A DNA stretch of 64,000 nt from an uncultured delta proteobacterium (GTDB taxonomy: Bacteria > Desulfobacterota > Syntrophia > Syntrophales > UBA5619). Below are positions 1-9,903 of this stretch, piece after piece. The first letter of the stretch is position 1. Every line of letters starts with the position of its first letter. Under the pieces are notes generated by a model, which saw only the letters and a list, made by a program, of their open reading frames with translations, had not been told where the DNA came from and searched no databases. The DNA lies in contig CAWFOM010000001.1 of assembly GCA_963817385.1 (NCBI GenBank), positions 32,001 to 96,000 of the forward strand, given 5' to 3'. A program made the position numbers and the translations under genes.

Positions 1-220
1 TGAACTTGAACGGCACACCGAGCTCTTTTTCGGTGGCTTTCAGGAAGGCCCGGGAAAACTGGTCTGCGCCGGAACCGGGACCGTGGGGAACGACGATCTC
101 GATCGCCCTTTTGGGATATCCTTTCGGTTTATCAAGAGCAAAGGTTTTATCAGCAACTCCGAGGCAAACTGAGATAAAAAATGACACCAGACAGATTGGC
201 AGTAATCTTTTCATGTTCAT
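1..220 (-). CDS. tctC: Tripartite tricarboxylate transporter substrate-binding protein (TctC/Bug family), 5' part; runs off the window start
   Basis: Manual translation: MNMKRLLPICLVSFFISVCLGVADKTFALDKPKGYPKRAIEIVVPHGPGSGADQFSR. Signal peptide plus a YPxrxIxivVPxxPGgxxD motif; GAGGGGAG RBS. Not in the ORF track. Confidence 0.8.
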   Translation of the reverse strand, partial: MNMKRLLPICLVSFFISVCLGVADKTFALDKPKGYPKRAIEIVVPHGPGSGADQFSRAFLKATEKELGVPFKF

Positions 221-785
221 TCTCCCCTCTTTTTTACGAGTGCATTGAACAGCGCTTCTTTCCCACCGGCCATTCAGGGCACCCTGATATTTAGTTGCCA
301 CTATTCGTTACGTCTCGTCCGTCATCGCCCGTTGTTGAATCTGCTCGGCCCTCCTCCTTTCCCACCAGGTTTGGTGCATTATTCGCTATCTCCGACACGA
401 TTGCTGAACCCTGTTTTTAAAAAAACGCCCCTGTTCATTTAGCGCCCCGTACCTCTGATCAAATCGACATTTATTGGGAAAGGCGGATACCTGCGCACCC
501 CGCGCCCCAGAGAGAATATGCCCTTCCTCTCCTGTTCAGATGCAAGCCCGCCCCGTCGATAGCTTGGGGGACTCTCCCGCCCCGAGGATAAATTATGCAC
601 GACCGCAATCCGATCAAATGGATACTGCACGACGTAAGAAAGGGTGTTCGATCACAAGAATCATCCCCGTTCACGGAAACGAATATGCCCTGCCAGTGTT
701 GTATAGTAGAGAATTGAGGTGAGATGTCAAACCGAAATGCTTTATGGGCGGTATAAACAAATGTAATGCGTTTTCCGATATAATT

Positions 786-1694
786 TCAAGCCAGCCGGAA
801 CTCCTTGTCCCTCTGCCGGAGCAGGTACTCCTTCCACTTCATCGCCTGGACGCTGAGATCCTCTTCCGACCGGTAGACAATATCGAATTTCCGCTTCATA
901 TCCAGACCCTTCAACTCAACTTTCCTGAGAAGTCCCTGCTCCGTCTCCAGGCGGCAGGCGAGATGGGAAACAATGGAAATCCCCATCTTCCCGATGACCC
1001 CTCGCATGATAGCCTCGGTGCTCCCCAAGACCATGGCCACTCTGAGTTTCTTGCTCGGACAAAGCTGCTTCAGCGCTTTCGTATAAACCGTCCGTGTTCC
1101 CGAGCCCGGTTCGCGCAGGAGGAAATCTTCTTCAAAGATGCGCTCTGCATCAACCGCCTTCTTTCTGCTCCAGGGATGATCGGGCCAAACGATTAACGTC
1201 AGATCATCCTGGTAGAAGGGGATCGTCACAAAGCGATTTTCCGGAACCGGCTCGCTGACGATCGCGAGTTCGACGAGGCCGTCCCGCAGGCATCGCATGA
1301 CTTCCCTGCTGTTGCCTACCTGCATGGAGATGTTTACGCCGGGATTGTTGTGCTTGAAACCGCCGATGATCAGCGGAAGCAGATAGATACCCAGAAGGGA
1401 CGTGGCGCCGAAGAGAACATCGCCGTACACGCTCTCCGTCAGCACGGTCATCTCATCTTTTGCTTGACGATAGAGACGGTCGATTTGACCAGCGTACCGA
1501 TACAGGATCTCTCCGGCTTTTGTCAGGGCGATCCGGTTTCGCTGGCGGACAAACAGTTTTGTGTTGAACGTCTCTTCAAGTTTTCGGATCTGATGCGTCA
1601 CTCCGGGCTGTGTAATGTTCAGCAGCTCAGCCGCCTTGGTGAAACTGCAGGTCTTGGCGGACGCCAGAAAAACCCTCAGATAAAAGTCGATCAC
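786..1694 (-). CDS. LysR family transcriptional regulator (CysL/CmpR-like)
   Basis: HTH SFTKAAELLNITQPGVTHQIRKLE and LysR substrate-binding domain; probable GTG start after AGGAGG. Confidence 0.9.
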   Translation of the reverse strand: MIDFYLRVFLASAKTCSFTKAAELLNITQPGVTHQIRKLEETFNTKLFVRQRNRIALTKAGEILYRYAGQIDRLYRQAKDEMTVLTESVYGDVLFGATSLLGIYLLPLIIGGFKHNNPGVNISMQVGNSREVMRCLRDGLVELAIVSEPVPENRFVTIPFYQDDLTLIVWPDHPWSRKKAVDAERIFEEDFLLREPGSGTRTVYTKALKQLCPSKKLRVAMVLGSTEAIMRGVIGKMGISIVSHLACRLETEQGLLRKVELKGLDMKRKFDIVYRSEEDLSVQAMKWKEYLLRQRDKEFRLA

Positions 1695-1902
1695 CGCACT
1701 CCTCCTTACGCCCGGCAATGCAGGGTCTCATCCCCTGAAGTGTGCAGAAGAATAGTAACAGATCGCTCCCCGGCCCTGCAACATGAAAAACGCCGCCCGA
1801 TTCGTGACGACCGATTCATGATGTCCGAGTTCGGGAGACAGTGCCGCACCCGACTGAAGCGGCGCCGATACACTCCCGGCAATGTATCTGTCCCCTGAAT
1901 GC

Positions 1903-3459
1903 TTACAATGGGATATTGTTATGTTTTTTTGGAAGCCGCGTCTGCGCCTTGTCCTGAAGCGCATCGAGGAGCGCAACCACTTTTTTCCGTGTCTCCCGGG
2001 GCAGGATGATTTCATCGACAATACCGAGACTGGCGGCAAAATAGGGGTTGTTGAACTGCTCTTCATAGGCCGATGCCAGTTCCGCTCGTTTGGCCGCGGG
2101 ATCTTCAGCCCCCGATATCTCGCGTCGATAAATGATGTTGCAGGCCCCTTCGGCACCCATCACGGCTATCTGAGCGGAAGGCCAGGCCATCACATAATCG
2201 GCGCCGATCGCCTTGGAACACATGCCGTTATAACCGCCGCCGTAAGCCTTGCGCGTCACGACAGTGATTTTTGTCACGGTGGCCTCGCCGTAGGCGTGGA
2301 GCAGCTTGGCGCCGTGTCGAATGATGCCGGTCCATTCCTGCTGGGTGCCCGGGATGTAGCCGGGGACATCGGTAAAGGTTATAATAGGGATGTTGAAGGC
2401 ATCGCAGAACCGGATGAACCGGGCGGCCTTGTCCGAGGCGTTGACGTCGAGTACTCCTGCAAAGAAACGGGGATTATTGGCGATAACGCCGACGGGCCGA
2501 CCCATGATCCGGATGAAGGCCACAATGATATTCTTCGCCCAAAATTCATGGGGCTCGAAGACTTCCTTATTGTCGGCCACGGAAGCGATGATCTTCTTCA
2601 TATCATAACTGCGATTGGCCCTGTCGGGCATGATCGTGTCCAGTTCAGGGCACTCCCGCTCCGCGCTGTCCGTACAGGGGATGACCGGCAGCGGACTGTG
2701 GCAACTGTCGGGAAGATAGGAGAGAAGGATCTTCACCCTGCGGAGGCAGTCCTCGTCGTTGTCCGTGACAAAATGGCAAACCCCGCTCTTGGCGGCGTGG
2801 GCCATGGGACCGCCGAGCTCCTCATGGCTCACCTCCTCCGCGATGACCGCTTTGACGACGTCCGGACCGGTAAGGTACATGTAACTGCTGTTCTTCACCA
2901 TGAAGACCCAGTCTGTGAGCGCCGGCGAGTAGACGGCGCCGCCTGCCGTGGGTCCCATGACGGCGGAGATCTGGGGGATATAGCCGGACGCTATGGTGTT
3001 ACGGTAAAAAATCCGCGAATAACCGTTGAGCGCGGTAATGCCCTCCTGGATGCGCGCCCCTCCGGAATCATTCAGGGCAACGAAAGGTTTTTTTGCGTCA
3101 ATGGCCATGTCCATCACTTTACTGATCTTCTGTGCATGCATCTCCCCGAGACTGCCGCCGGCGCTGGTAAAATCCTGGGAGGCGACGAAGACGACCCGGC
3201 CGTTGATCCGACCGAATCCGGTGACGACGCCGTCGGCATTAATCTCTTTCTCGGCGAGGCCGAAGAGGATCGAGCGGTGCTTGACAAAGAGCTGGACCTC
3301 CTGAAACGTCCCCTTATCGAACAGGAGGTCGATCCGTTCCCGGGCGGTCAATTTGCCCTGTTCATGCTGTTTCCGGACCATCGTTTCGCCGCCCATGGCG
3401 ACGAGCCGGTTCTTCCGCTCCATGAATTCGCCGATCTTGTCCGCCGTCGTTTTTTCCAT
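1903..3459 (-). CDS. Acyl-CoA carboxyltransferase subunit (methylmalonyl-CoA decarboxylase alpha / PccB-like)
   Basis: GKLTARERI, DSGGARIQEG, DVPGY, RHGAK and KKHNNIPL motifs. Confidence 0.92.
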   Translation of the reverse strand: MEKTTADKIGEFMERKNRLVAMGGETMVRKQHEQGKLTARERIDLLFDKGTFQEVQLFVKHRSILFGLAEKEINADGVVTGFGRINGRVVFVASQDFTSAGGSLGEMHAQKISKVMDMAIDAKKPFVALNDSGGARIQEGITALNGYSRIFYRNTIASGYIPQISAVMGPTAGGAVYSPALTDWVFMVKNSSYMYLTGPDVVKAVIAEEVSHEELGGPMAHAAKSGVCHFVTDNDEDCLRRVKILLSYLPDSCHSPLPVIPCTDSAERECPELDTIMPDRANRSYDMKKIIASVADNKEVFEPHEFWAKNIIVAFIRIMGRPVGVIANNPRFFAGVLDVNASDKAARFIRFCDAFNIPIITFTDVPGYIPGTQQEWTGIIRHGAKLLHAYGEATVTKITVVTRKAYGGGYNGMCSKAIGADYVMAWPSAQIAVMGAEGACNIIYRREISGAEDPAAKRAELASAYEEQFNNPYFAASLGIVDEIILPRETRKKVVALLDALQDKAQTRLPKKHNNIPL

Positions 3460-3594
3460 ACCCCTCCTGCCCCCTTCCTGTATGTTTCAGATTATCCTTC
3501 CTGTCTCGCTGCCCGCTGCAGCGGTTGACCGTAACCGCCTCCCTCGCGGGAGGGGAACATTCGCTTTTTCCGGGCGTGTCACTTCCGGCGCGCC

Positions 3595-4989
3595 CTACCC
3601 GGGACGGTTCATGGCCCGGCGGCACCGCTCCATGATGGAGAGCACCGCGAAGGGCTGCTCGATTTCCTGAAAGGTCGGAATTCCCCGGGGTTCCAGGGCG
3701 GCCTTGTATTCGTCCATGCACCCCTTGGCGCCGCTGAAGGTGACCAGGATCGGCTTCTCGGGATACTTCCCGGCCAGCTCCACGATGAAGCCCGGATCGG
3801 GCACCCCCGTTTCCGGCGTCAGCATCATCACCGGCACCACGGCGTCCACCGCGGGGTCCTGAAGGACGATCTCCATCCCCTCCCGGTAGGCGGTTTCAAC
3901 CCCCGACGAGAGGGCCGCCGGCCAGATGTCGACGGGATTGCGCATGCGGATATAGGAAGGGCTGATCGCCTGGAGCCGCTGCACGTTCTCCTGCTCCAGG
4001 GGGGGAATGTGGAGTCCCAGGCGGACGCAGTAATCGGAGAGCACGGCCAGCATGGCGCCGGACGGGGCGAGAAAACTGACGCCGTTTCCCTGGGGGAGCG
4101 GCAGCATGGAGAGGGCCTTCCCCGCCAGGATGAGATGGGTGTAATCCGAGATGCGGACCACCCCGGCCTGGCGGAGCATGCCGTCGACGATGCGGTCGGG
4201 CGATGCCATCGCCGCCGTATGGGCAATCGCCGCCTGCCTGCCCGCTTCCGTGGCCCCGCTCTTGAGCAGGACGACCGGCTTTCTGCGGGTGACCTCCCGG
4301 GCCACCTCCAGAAAACGGAGCGGCCGTTTGAAACTCTCGATATAGATGAGGATGGCGGCCGTCTCCGGATCCGCACCCAGATATTCCAGCGCATCCGTCT
4401 CATCGATGTCGATTTTGTTCCCCAGGCCCACGACCCGGGCCACGCCGAAATGCTCGCCGGTCAGGATATATTTCAGGGTATGGGTGCCGAAATTCCCCGT
4501 CTGGGCAATGTAGGAAACCCGGCCGCGGCGGATCTTCCCCTGGGGAAAGAAGGTCGACGTGAACCCCTGCGGGGTCGAGGTGTGACCCGACGTGTTCGGA
4601 CCGAGGGCATGGAGACCCCTCTCCTGGATGATACGGACGAGCTCCCGCTGGATCTCGGCTCCGGCCTCGTCGACTTCGGCGAAGCCGCCCGAGGAGAGGA
4701 CAAAATGGCGGATCCCCTGATCGGCGCACTCGCGAAGGGCCTGGGCCGTGGCCGCCGCGGGCAGGATGATCACGGCCACATCGATGTCCCTGGGCAGGCT
4801 TGCGATGGAGGACCAGACATCGATCTCCCTGATCCTGCCCCCCTTGGGATTGACCGGGTAAATCTTCCCCGTATACCCGTTCTCCTGGATGTTTCTGATC
4901 ACTTCGTGGCCGGGCTTGCCGGGAACGGCGGAGGCGCCGATGATCGCGACGCTGCGGGGTTCAAAAAAGGGTTCCAGCTTATTTCTCAT
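3595..4989 (-). CDS. ADP-forming acyl-CoA synthetase alpha subunit (CoA-binding)
   Basis: FFEPRSVAIIGAS..PGKPG, YPVNP, GPNT, AHTAA; start placed at MRNKLEP. Confidence 0.85.
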   Translation of the reverse strand: MRNKLEPFFEPRSVAIIGASAVPGKPGHEVIRNIQENGYTGKIYPVNPKGGRIREIDVWSSIASLPRDIDVAVIILPAAATAQALRECADQGIRHFVLSSGGFAEVDEAGAEIQRELVRIIQERGLHALGPNTSGHTSTPQGFTSTFFPQGKIRRGRVSYIAQTGNFGTHTLKYILTGEHFGVARVVGLGNKIDIDETDALEYLGADPETAAILIYIESFKRPLRFLEVAREVTRRKPVVLLKSGATEAGRQAAIAHTAAMASPDRIVDGMLRQAGVVRISDYTHLILAGKALSMLPLPQGNGVSFLAPSGAMLAVLSDYCVRLGLHIPPLEQENVQRLQAISPSYIRMRNPVDIWPAALSSGVETAYREGMEIVLQDPAVDAVVPVMMLTPETGVPDPGFIVELAGKYPEKPILVTFSGAKGCMDEYKAALEPRGIPTFQEIEQPFAVLSIMERCRRAMNRPG

Positions 4990-5035
4990 CACTTCTCTCT
5001 CCGGGTAATAGTCTTTTCCGGAAGAATCCCCGGAA

Positions 5036-5749
5036 TCATGGATGGACGGCGGCCGGTACCTGGATCGCCACAAGGGCGTCAACCGCCACCGGAGAACCGT
5101 CGGGGCGGATCTTGATGGGATTCATGTCGATTTCCCGGACATTGCCGCATTCGCAGCCGATTTTCCCCAGTGCCACGATGATCCGGGCCAGGGCCTCCCG
5201 ATCGACGGGCGGCTGGCCGCGAAAGGGATCAAGGATCTTGGCCATCCGAATTTCATCCATCATCGCCAGGGCGTCAGCCGTGGTGACGGGGGCAACGCGG
5301 AAGACCGCATCGTCAATGAGCTCGGTGAAGATCCCGCCCACGCCGAACATCACGCAGGGGCCGAACTGGACATCCCGGGTAAGGCCGCAGACCAGTTCAC
5401 GGTCTCCCCCGACCATCTCCTGGACCAGGAGCCCCTCGCAGCCGGCAATCGCCAGAAGCCGTTTGGCCTGCTCGCGGACATCCCCTTCCGACTTCAGGTT
5501 CAGGGCAACGGCCCCCAATTCCGTCTTGTGCTGAATTTTCTCGCCGGCGGCTTTCAACGCGACCGGATAGCCGATCTCCCGGGCGGCCTTGACCGCGGCC
5601 TCGCCGTCCGGGACAAATGCTTCCCGGCTTACCGGAATCCCGTACCCCTCCAGAAACCGCTTGGCCTCATACTCATTCAAGGCCGATTTCCCCGCTTTGA
5701 CAGCCGCTGCAATCCAATCCATCAGGGCCATGTCCCCTTTCTTCGCCAT
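5036..5749 (-). CDS. ADP-forming acyl-CoA synthetase beta subunit (ATP-grasp)
   Basis: LNEYEAK, GYPVALK, HKTELG, FGPCVMFG, EIDMNP..AVDA. Confidence 0.88.
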   Translation of the reverse strand: MAKKGDMALMDWIAAAVKAGKSALNEYEAKRFLEGYGIPVSREAFVPDGEAAVKAAREIGYPVALKAAGEKIQHKTELGAVALNLKSEGDVREQAKRLLAIAGCEGLLVQEMVGGDRELVCGLTRDVQFGPCVMFGVGGIFTELIDDAVFRVAPVTTADALAMMDEIRMAKILDPFRGQPPVDREALARIIVALGKIGCECGNVREIDMNPIKIRPDGSPVAVDALVAIQVPAAVHP

Positions 5750-5914
5750 GTCATGATCTTCAATCGCCCCGGAACTGCCGGGGGCGTTAAGATAACCGTG
5801 AGCCGCCCCCCATCCCTCCCCACCGGGAAATAGGATGGTGTTATTAACCCTGTTTGCCGAAATAAGTCAATCGCATAATGGGAGCTGATTTCCGGGTCAT
5901 CTGCTTATCCGTGC

Positions 5915-6196
5915 ATGTCTAAGATGTTCTTCATCGAAGATGACCGGGGAAGGTCCGTAGACCTCGTGTTAGCCGATTCCTTGAAGTCGCGCATCAAGCC
6001 GATCATCACCCGCGAGGTGGCCTATGCATAGGGATTTCAGGCTCTATCTCGATGACATTTTAGAAGCCATCCACCAAATCCGAACATACCTGGCGGACCA
6101 GGACGAAGAGGCTTTCAGAAAAGACCGAAAAACCTAGGACGCCGTCATCCGAAATCTTGAGATCATCGGTGAGGCCGCGGGAAAGCTGCCTGACCG
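5915..6196 (+). pseudogene. Remnant of an MNT-HEPN (MntA/HepT, DUF86) toxin-antitoxin pair
   Basis: MNT C-terminus ..GRSVDLVLADSLKSRIKPIITREVAYA* overlaps the ATG at 6024 of MHRDFRLYLDDILEAI..DRKT*DAVIRNLEIIGEAAGKLP. Internal TAG at 6135; truncated. Confidence 0.8.
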
Positions 6197-6511
6197 CCTG
6201 ACCACCTGCCCAAGAGACTCGATAGCATGGCCGATACCAAGATTTCTCGACAGCTGGCCATGCTTGATAACGGATAACAAAAGTTCAAAGGGTGGTCATC
6301 GCATATCGATCGAGACCATTGAGTGCGGGATGGAAGATGCAACGTCTGGTCAGCAAATTTTCGGTTCCTCCAGTTTACGCACAACTTCCTGAAAGAGAGT
6401 GTCTGGTAATTTTGAAAGGAGTGCGCCCTTTCGAATGGTATTCATTATCCGTTATTGACTGTATTCGTTAAAATTGAATATTGTGATTTAGACATAGATT
6501 TGAATTGGTAA

Positions 6512-6620
6512 GTGCGCCACGAGGCTGCACATGAGATGAGGGGAGGTCCCTCGGAGTCGGCTTACAGGAGCTGGCTTCAAACCACCTTGAGCTGCAGTGG
6601 TAAGGAGCCATTGAGGTGTT
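6512..6620 (+). mobile_element. 5' fragment of a group II intron (start of domain I); no RT ORF
   Basis: Begins with the GTGCG 5' splice consensus, followed by ..GAGATGAGGGGAGGTCCCTCGGAGTCGGCTTACAGGAGCTGGCTTCAAACCACC, which resembles bacterial group II intron 5' ends. Recognised by eye. Confidence 0.55.
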
Positions 6621-6713
6621 CTCGAAAAAATTTGTTTGGCCAAACCCCGGCTGTCGCCGGGGTGACAGGATAAGCTGGTTTTGCAATTGGCTCTCCCATT
6701 TTTCCTCTTTTTT

Positions 6714-6924
6714 TGTCGGATTTCTTTACAGTTACCTAACAAGTATACAAGTTATTGATATAATTAAATATATTTCCATTAGCATCTCTGTATAGCATTA
6801 TAAATTGTCGGGAAGTTTTACAGTTTACAGCTCGGCACACTGGCGCATGATTAGGGGGCATTAGAAAAAATTAAGTTCTTTCAATTTGTTATCATAATTG
6901 CTCGCTAATGGCATTGCATTTGCT
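6714..6924 (+). promoter_or_regulatory. Sigma54 promoter with two TGT-N11-ACA enhancer sites (PEP-CTERM/PrsR type) and an IHF-like site
   Basis: TGTCGGATTTCTTTACA at 6714-6730, TGTCGGGAAGTTTTACA at 6806-6822, TGGCATTGCATTTGCT (-24/-12) at 6909-6924. Confidence 0.7.
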
Positions 6925-6990
6925 TAGAAATATGGCAGCGATGAAAACATGCCATTAGGGCTAATTAAACAAGGAAAAAGGAGGGTAATT

Positions 6991-7998
6991 ATGAGAAAGA
7001 TTGGGATTTTATCTGTTTTTTTCTTGTTGGCCAGCGCAAGTATGGCCGGAGCGACGATGTCGCAGTTCATGAGTTACACGGATAACGGGGCAGGCATGAG
7101 CGTTGATGCCAAGGGACTTGCGGATAACACCCTGGGCGTTATCAGTGCGGACATACCCGTGGGGGCATCGGTTTACAAGGCCTTTCTCTATTCGGCTGCG
7201 GTGGGGTATTCCGGCAACCCGCTTGTAGACGTTGTATTTGAAGGCAATACCCTCACGTCGGACGTTGCCAGCAGGCTCGATGTTGGCGCAAGGGATGGCA
7301 ACTCCTGGGTTTCGGAAAACCGCTGGGATGTAACCTCCATCGTTCAGGCCAAGGTCGGCTCGGGCAGCGGGCTTTTCAGCTTTGACCTTACGGAGACGGG
7401 CTATCTGGACGGCGAGGTCCTTACCGTACTTTACTATGATACAACCAAGCCGGTCAATACCGCGATCATTTACGACGGCGAGCTGGCTACCACCGGTGAT
7501 TTTTTCAATATCGCCCTTACCACGCCTGTCGATAAGACTAACCCTAACTTTTTCGCCACCATGTCGCTGGGCATTTCCTACAGCTTTCAGTTTGGCGGCG
7601 GCGATGTCACCGGACAGTGGTCGCAAGTTGATGTGAACGGTCAGAGGATGACCTCAAGCGCCGGGGGCGAAGATGACGGTTTTAGTGCGAATGGTGGCCT
7701 CATCACTGCAGGGGGCATCGGTGACAGCATAGCACTCCCGGCTAGTGCAATTGCCAACGGCGGCAGCGCCCGGTATGACGATGAACTGTACGGTATAGAG
7801 AGTTTCTTATCCAACGGCGAAACGTTGATTAGCATTAGAACACTGAATCCGTCAAACGATGACAACGTCTTCTTCCTGGGCTTCACTACCCTAGGCGAAG
7901 CTAAGGATGTCTCGACGGTCCCGGAGCCGGCTACCCTCCTCATGCTCGGTGCGGGTCTTTTGGGACTTGCGGGAGCCAAAAGAAAGCTCCGTAACTGA
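6991..7998 (+). CDS. PEP-CTERM sorting domain surface protein
   Basis: Signal peptide; C-terminal VPEPATLLMLGAGLLGLAGAKRKLRN. Confidence 0.92.
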   Translation: MRKIGILSVFFLLASASMAGATMSQFMSYTDNGAGMSVDAKGLADNTLGVISADIPVGASVYKAFLYSAAVGYSGNPLVDVVFEGNTLTSDVASRLDVGARDGNSWVSENRWDVTSIVQAKVGSGSGLFSFDLTETGYLDGEVLTVLYYDTTKPVNTAIIYDGELATTGDFFNIALTTPVDKTNPNFFATMSLGISYSFQFGGGDVTGQWSQVDVNGQRMTSSAGGEDDGFSANGGLITAGGIGDSIALPASAIANGGSARYDDELYGIESFLSNGETLISIRTLNPSNDDNVFFLGFTTLGEAKDVSTVPEPATLLMLGAGLLGLAGAKRKLRN

Positions 7999-8023
7999 GT
8001 CGCTTATATAAATTTTTTTTATG

Positions 8024-8055
8024 AAAGGCAGGGCCAATCGGCTCTGCCTTTCTTG
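8024..8055 (+). terminator. Rho-independent terminator
   Basis: AAAGGCAGGGCC-AATC-GGCTCTGCCTTT followed by a T-rich tail. Confidence 0.75.
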
Positions 8056-8340
8056 TTTAGTTCATTCGGCAATCATCAACTCCAAGGTCAACGCCCCATG
8101 GCACAGTTGTGACAGCGATAACCAGCATGGTTCTGACTATCCTTGATCTTACCTGAGCAGTTCGGAGTGAAGGCTGCTACACAAGGGCATCAACCTCTGT
8201 TACTGACTATCAATATAAATAATTAATGACCTCTTGGTCCCATCGGGGTATTGAGGAGTAGCTGAGAGAGTGAGTCATCCTGAAGGTATAACTTTTCTTC
8301 AAATCAGAAATGTATGCTTGAATCGGATCAACCTGTTTCC

Positions 8341-9073
8341 CTATCCTTTGCCTCGCTCCGACCGGTCCCGGATCAGCGCCTCGATGTCGAGCAGGCGCTC
8401 CAGAGAGTCGATGACCGGCGCGGCGGTCTCCGCCGCGGGCCAGTTCCTCGTTACGGAGCGGTGCCGAAGCCAGACGGGATGCATGCCCACGGCCTCCGAG
8501 CCGCGGACGTCGATCCTGAGGTCGTCGCCCACATAGACCGCCTCGCCCGGAGCGATCGCCAGTTGCTCGAGGCAGAGGCAGAAGGGCGCGGGATCCGGTT
8601 TCGCCGGGATTCCCGCTTCGCCGGCGATGACGATCACCTCGAAAAACCGCTCCAGTTCCGGATAATTGCTGAGGCGGTGTTTTTCTTCCTTCTGCTGTCC
8701 CTGGGTATTGGTGATCAGCGCCAGGCGGTACCCCCGGGCGAGAAGCGTCTCCAGGACCGTTTCCGTTTCGGGAAACGGCCGGGTCATCGCCTTGATCCGC
8801 TCCCAGTAGTCGGTTTCCCACTGTTCGATCAAGGCAGGATCGATCCGCTCGGCCGTAATGGCGGAAGACCTCCTCCAGAAGCGCCCTCCGGGAAAAGATG
8901 GACTGGTTATGAAGACGGGTCCGGATTTGCCGATAGACATCCAGAAACCCCTCCCGCAGGGACGGGGACAGAAGCGCGACGGCCTTGTTCTGCAGCTCCT
9001 TCTCCGCCGCCCGGAAACCGTCCGCCGAATCGACGAGCGTCTGGCCGAAGTCGAAAACAACCGCCCGGATCAT
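8341..9073 (-). CDS. HAD family hydrolase (frameshifted)
   Basis: MIRAVVFDFGQTL in one frame; LITN, KPDP and YVGDDLRID in another. Confidence 0.8.
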
Positions 9074-9146
9074 CTGAATCTTCTCCCGCCGATCACGGTG
9101 AATCATCCTCCAATACCGGCGCGGTTGCCGCCCCGGCATATCCTTA

Positions 9147-9803
9147 TCACCCGTCGAGCGCTTCGATACGCCGGATCTCCGCCGGCACCTCCCTGCTCGT
9201 GGAAAGTACCCGCCATGAGCCGGGAAACGGATAGCCCCGCGTCAGATCGTTCGGAACAACCAGGCAGCGGATGCCGGCCGCCCGGGCCGAGGCCAGGCCG
9301 CGCGGCGAATCCTCGACGACGAGACACTCGTCGGGTCCGTACCCGCACTTCTCCATCGCCGTCCGGTACGGTTCCGGATCGGGCTTCGACAGGGTAAAAT
9401 CCTCACGGGTCAGGATGAAGTCGAAGTGGGGAAGAAGCCCCGTCTTTTGGTGCATCGTCTCGAAATGCTCCCGCCGGGAGCTGGTCACGATCCCCATGAC
9501 CATCTTCCCCCGAAGCTCGGCGAGGGTCTCTTCGACGCCCTCCATGATCCGGACCCCGCCCCGCAGGAGTTCCGCATAGCGCCTGTTTCTCTCCTCATGA
9601 AGCCGGTCGATGACCTCCTGCGGAACCCCCTTCTCCGCGGCCAGGACGAAGGCGCTGCGCCCCTCCGAAAGCGAGATCCGCTGGAAAAGCGCCTCCGTCA
9701 GCGTCACGCCGGTCCTCAGGAGGAGCTCGCGGGTCGCCTGGAAATAGAGCTTCTCCGTGTCCACCAGAACGCCGTCGTTATCCCAGAATACCGCCCGGAT
9801 CAT
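9147..9803 (-). CDS. HAD family phosphatase (beta-PGM-like)
   Basis: WDNDGVLVDTE, VTSS, KPDPEPY, VEDSPRG. Confidence 0.88.
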   Translation of the reverse strand: MIRAVFWDNDGVLVDTEKLYFQATRELLLRTGVTLTEALFQRISLSEGRSAFVLAAEKGVPQEVIDRLHEERNRRYAELLRGGVRIMEGVEETLAELRGKMVMGIVTSSRREHFETMHQKTGLLPHFDFILTREDFTLSKPDPEPYRTAMEKCGYGPDECLVVEDSPRGLASARAAGIRCLVVPNDLTRGYPFPGSWRVLSTSREVPAEIRRIEALDG

Positions 9804-9903
9804 CGTTACCCCTTCATCAAAATATAAGGACGGCCGCCTTGCTGCTGCGGCCGTCCACAACTACCGTATCCGCTGAAGTTTGGCAAGCGGGAAGATCAGG
9901 AGA

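Noticed and set aside
1882..3528. Long antisense ORFs, e.g. 1882-3528, 27890-30025, 56268-58118 and 59710-61278
   Set aside because: Shadow ORFs of GC-rich genes on the opposite strand, with no recognisable motifs.
6135..6137. In-frame TAG in the HEPN gene as pyrrolysine
   Set aside because: The gene is truncated, its partner is a fragment, and the position is normally Gln (CAG).
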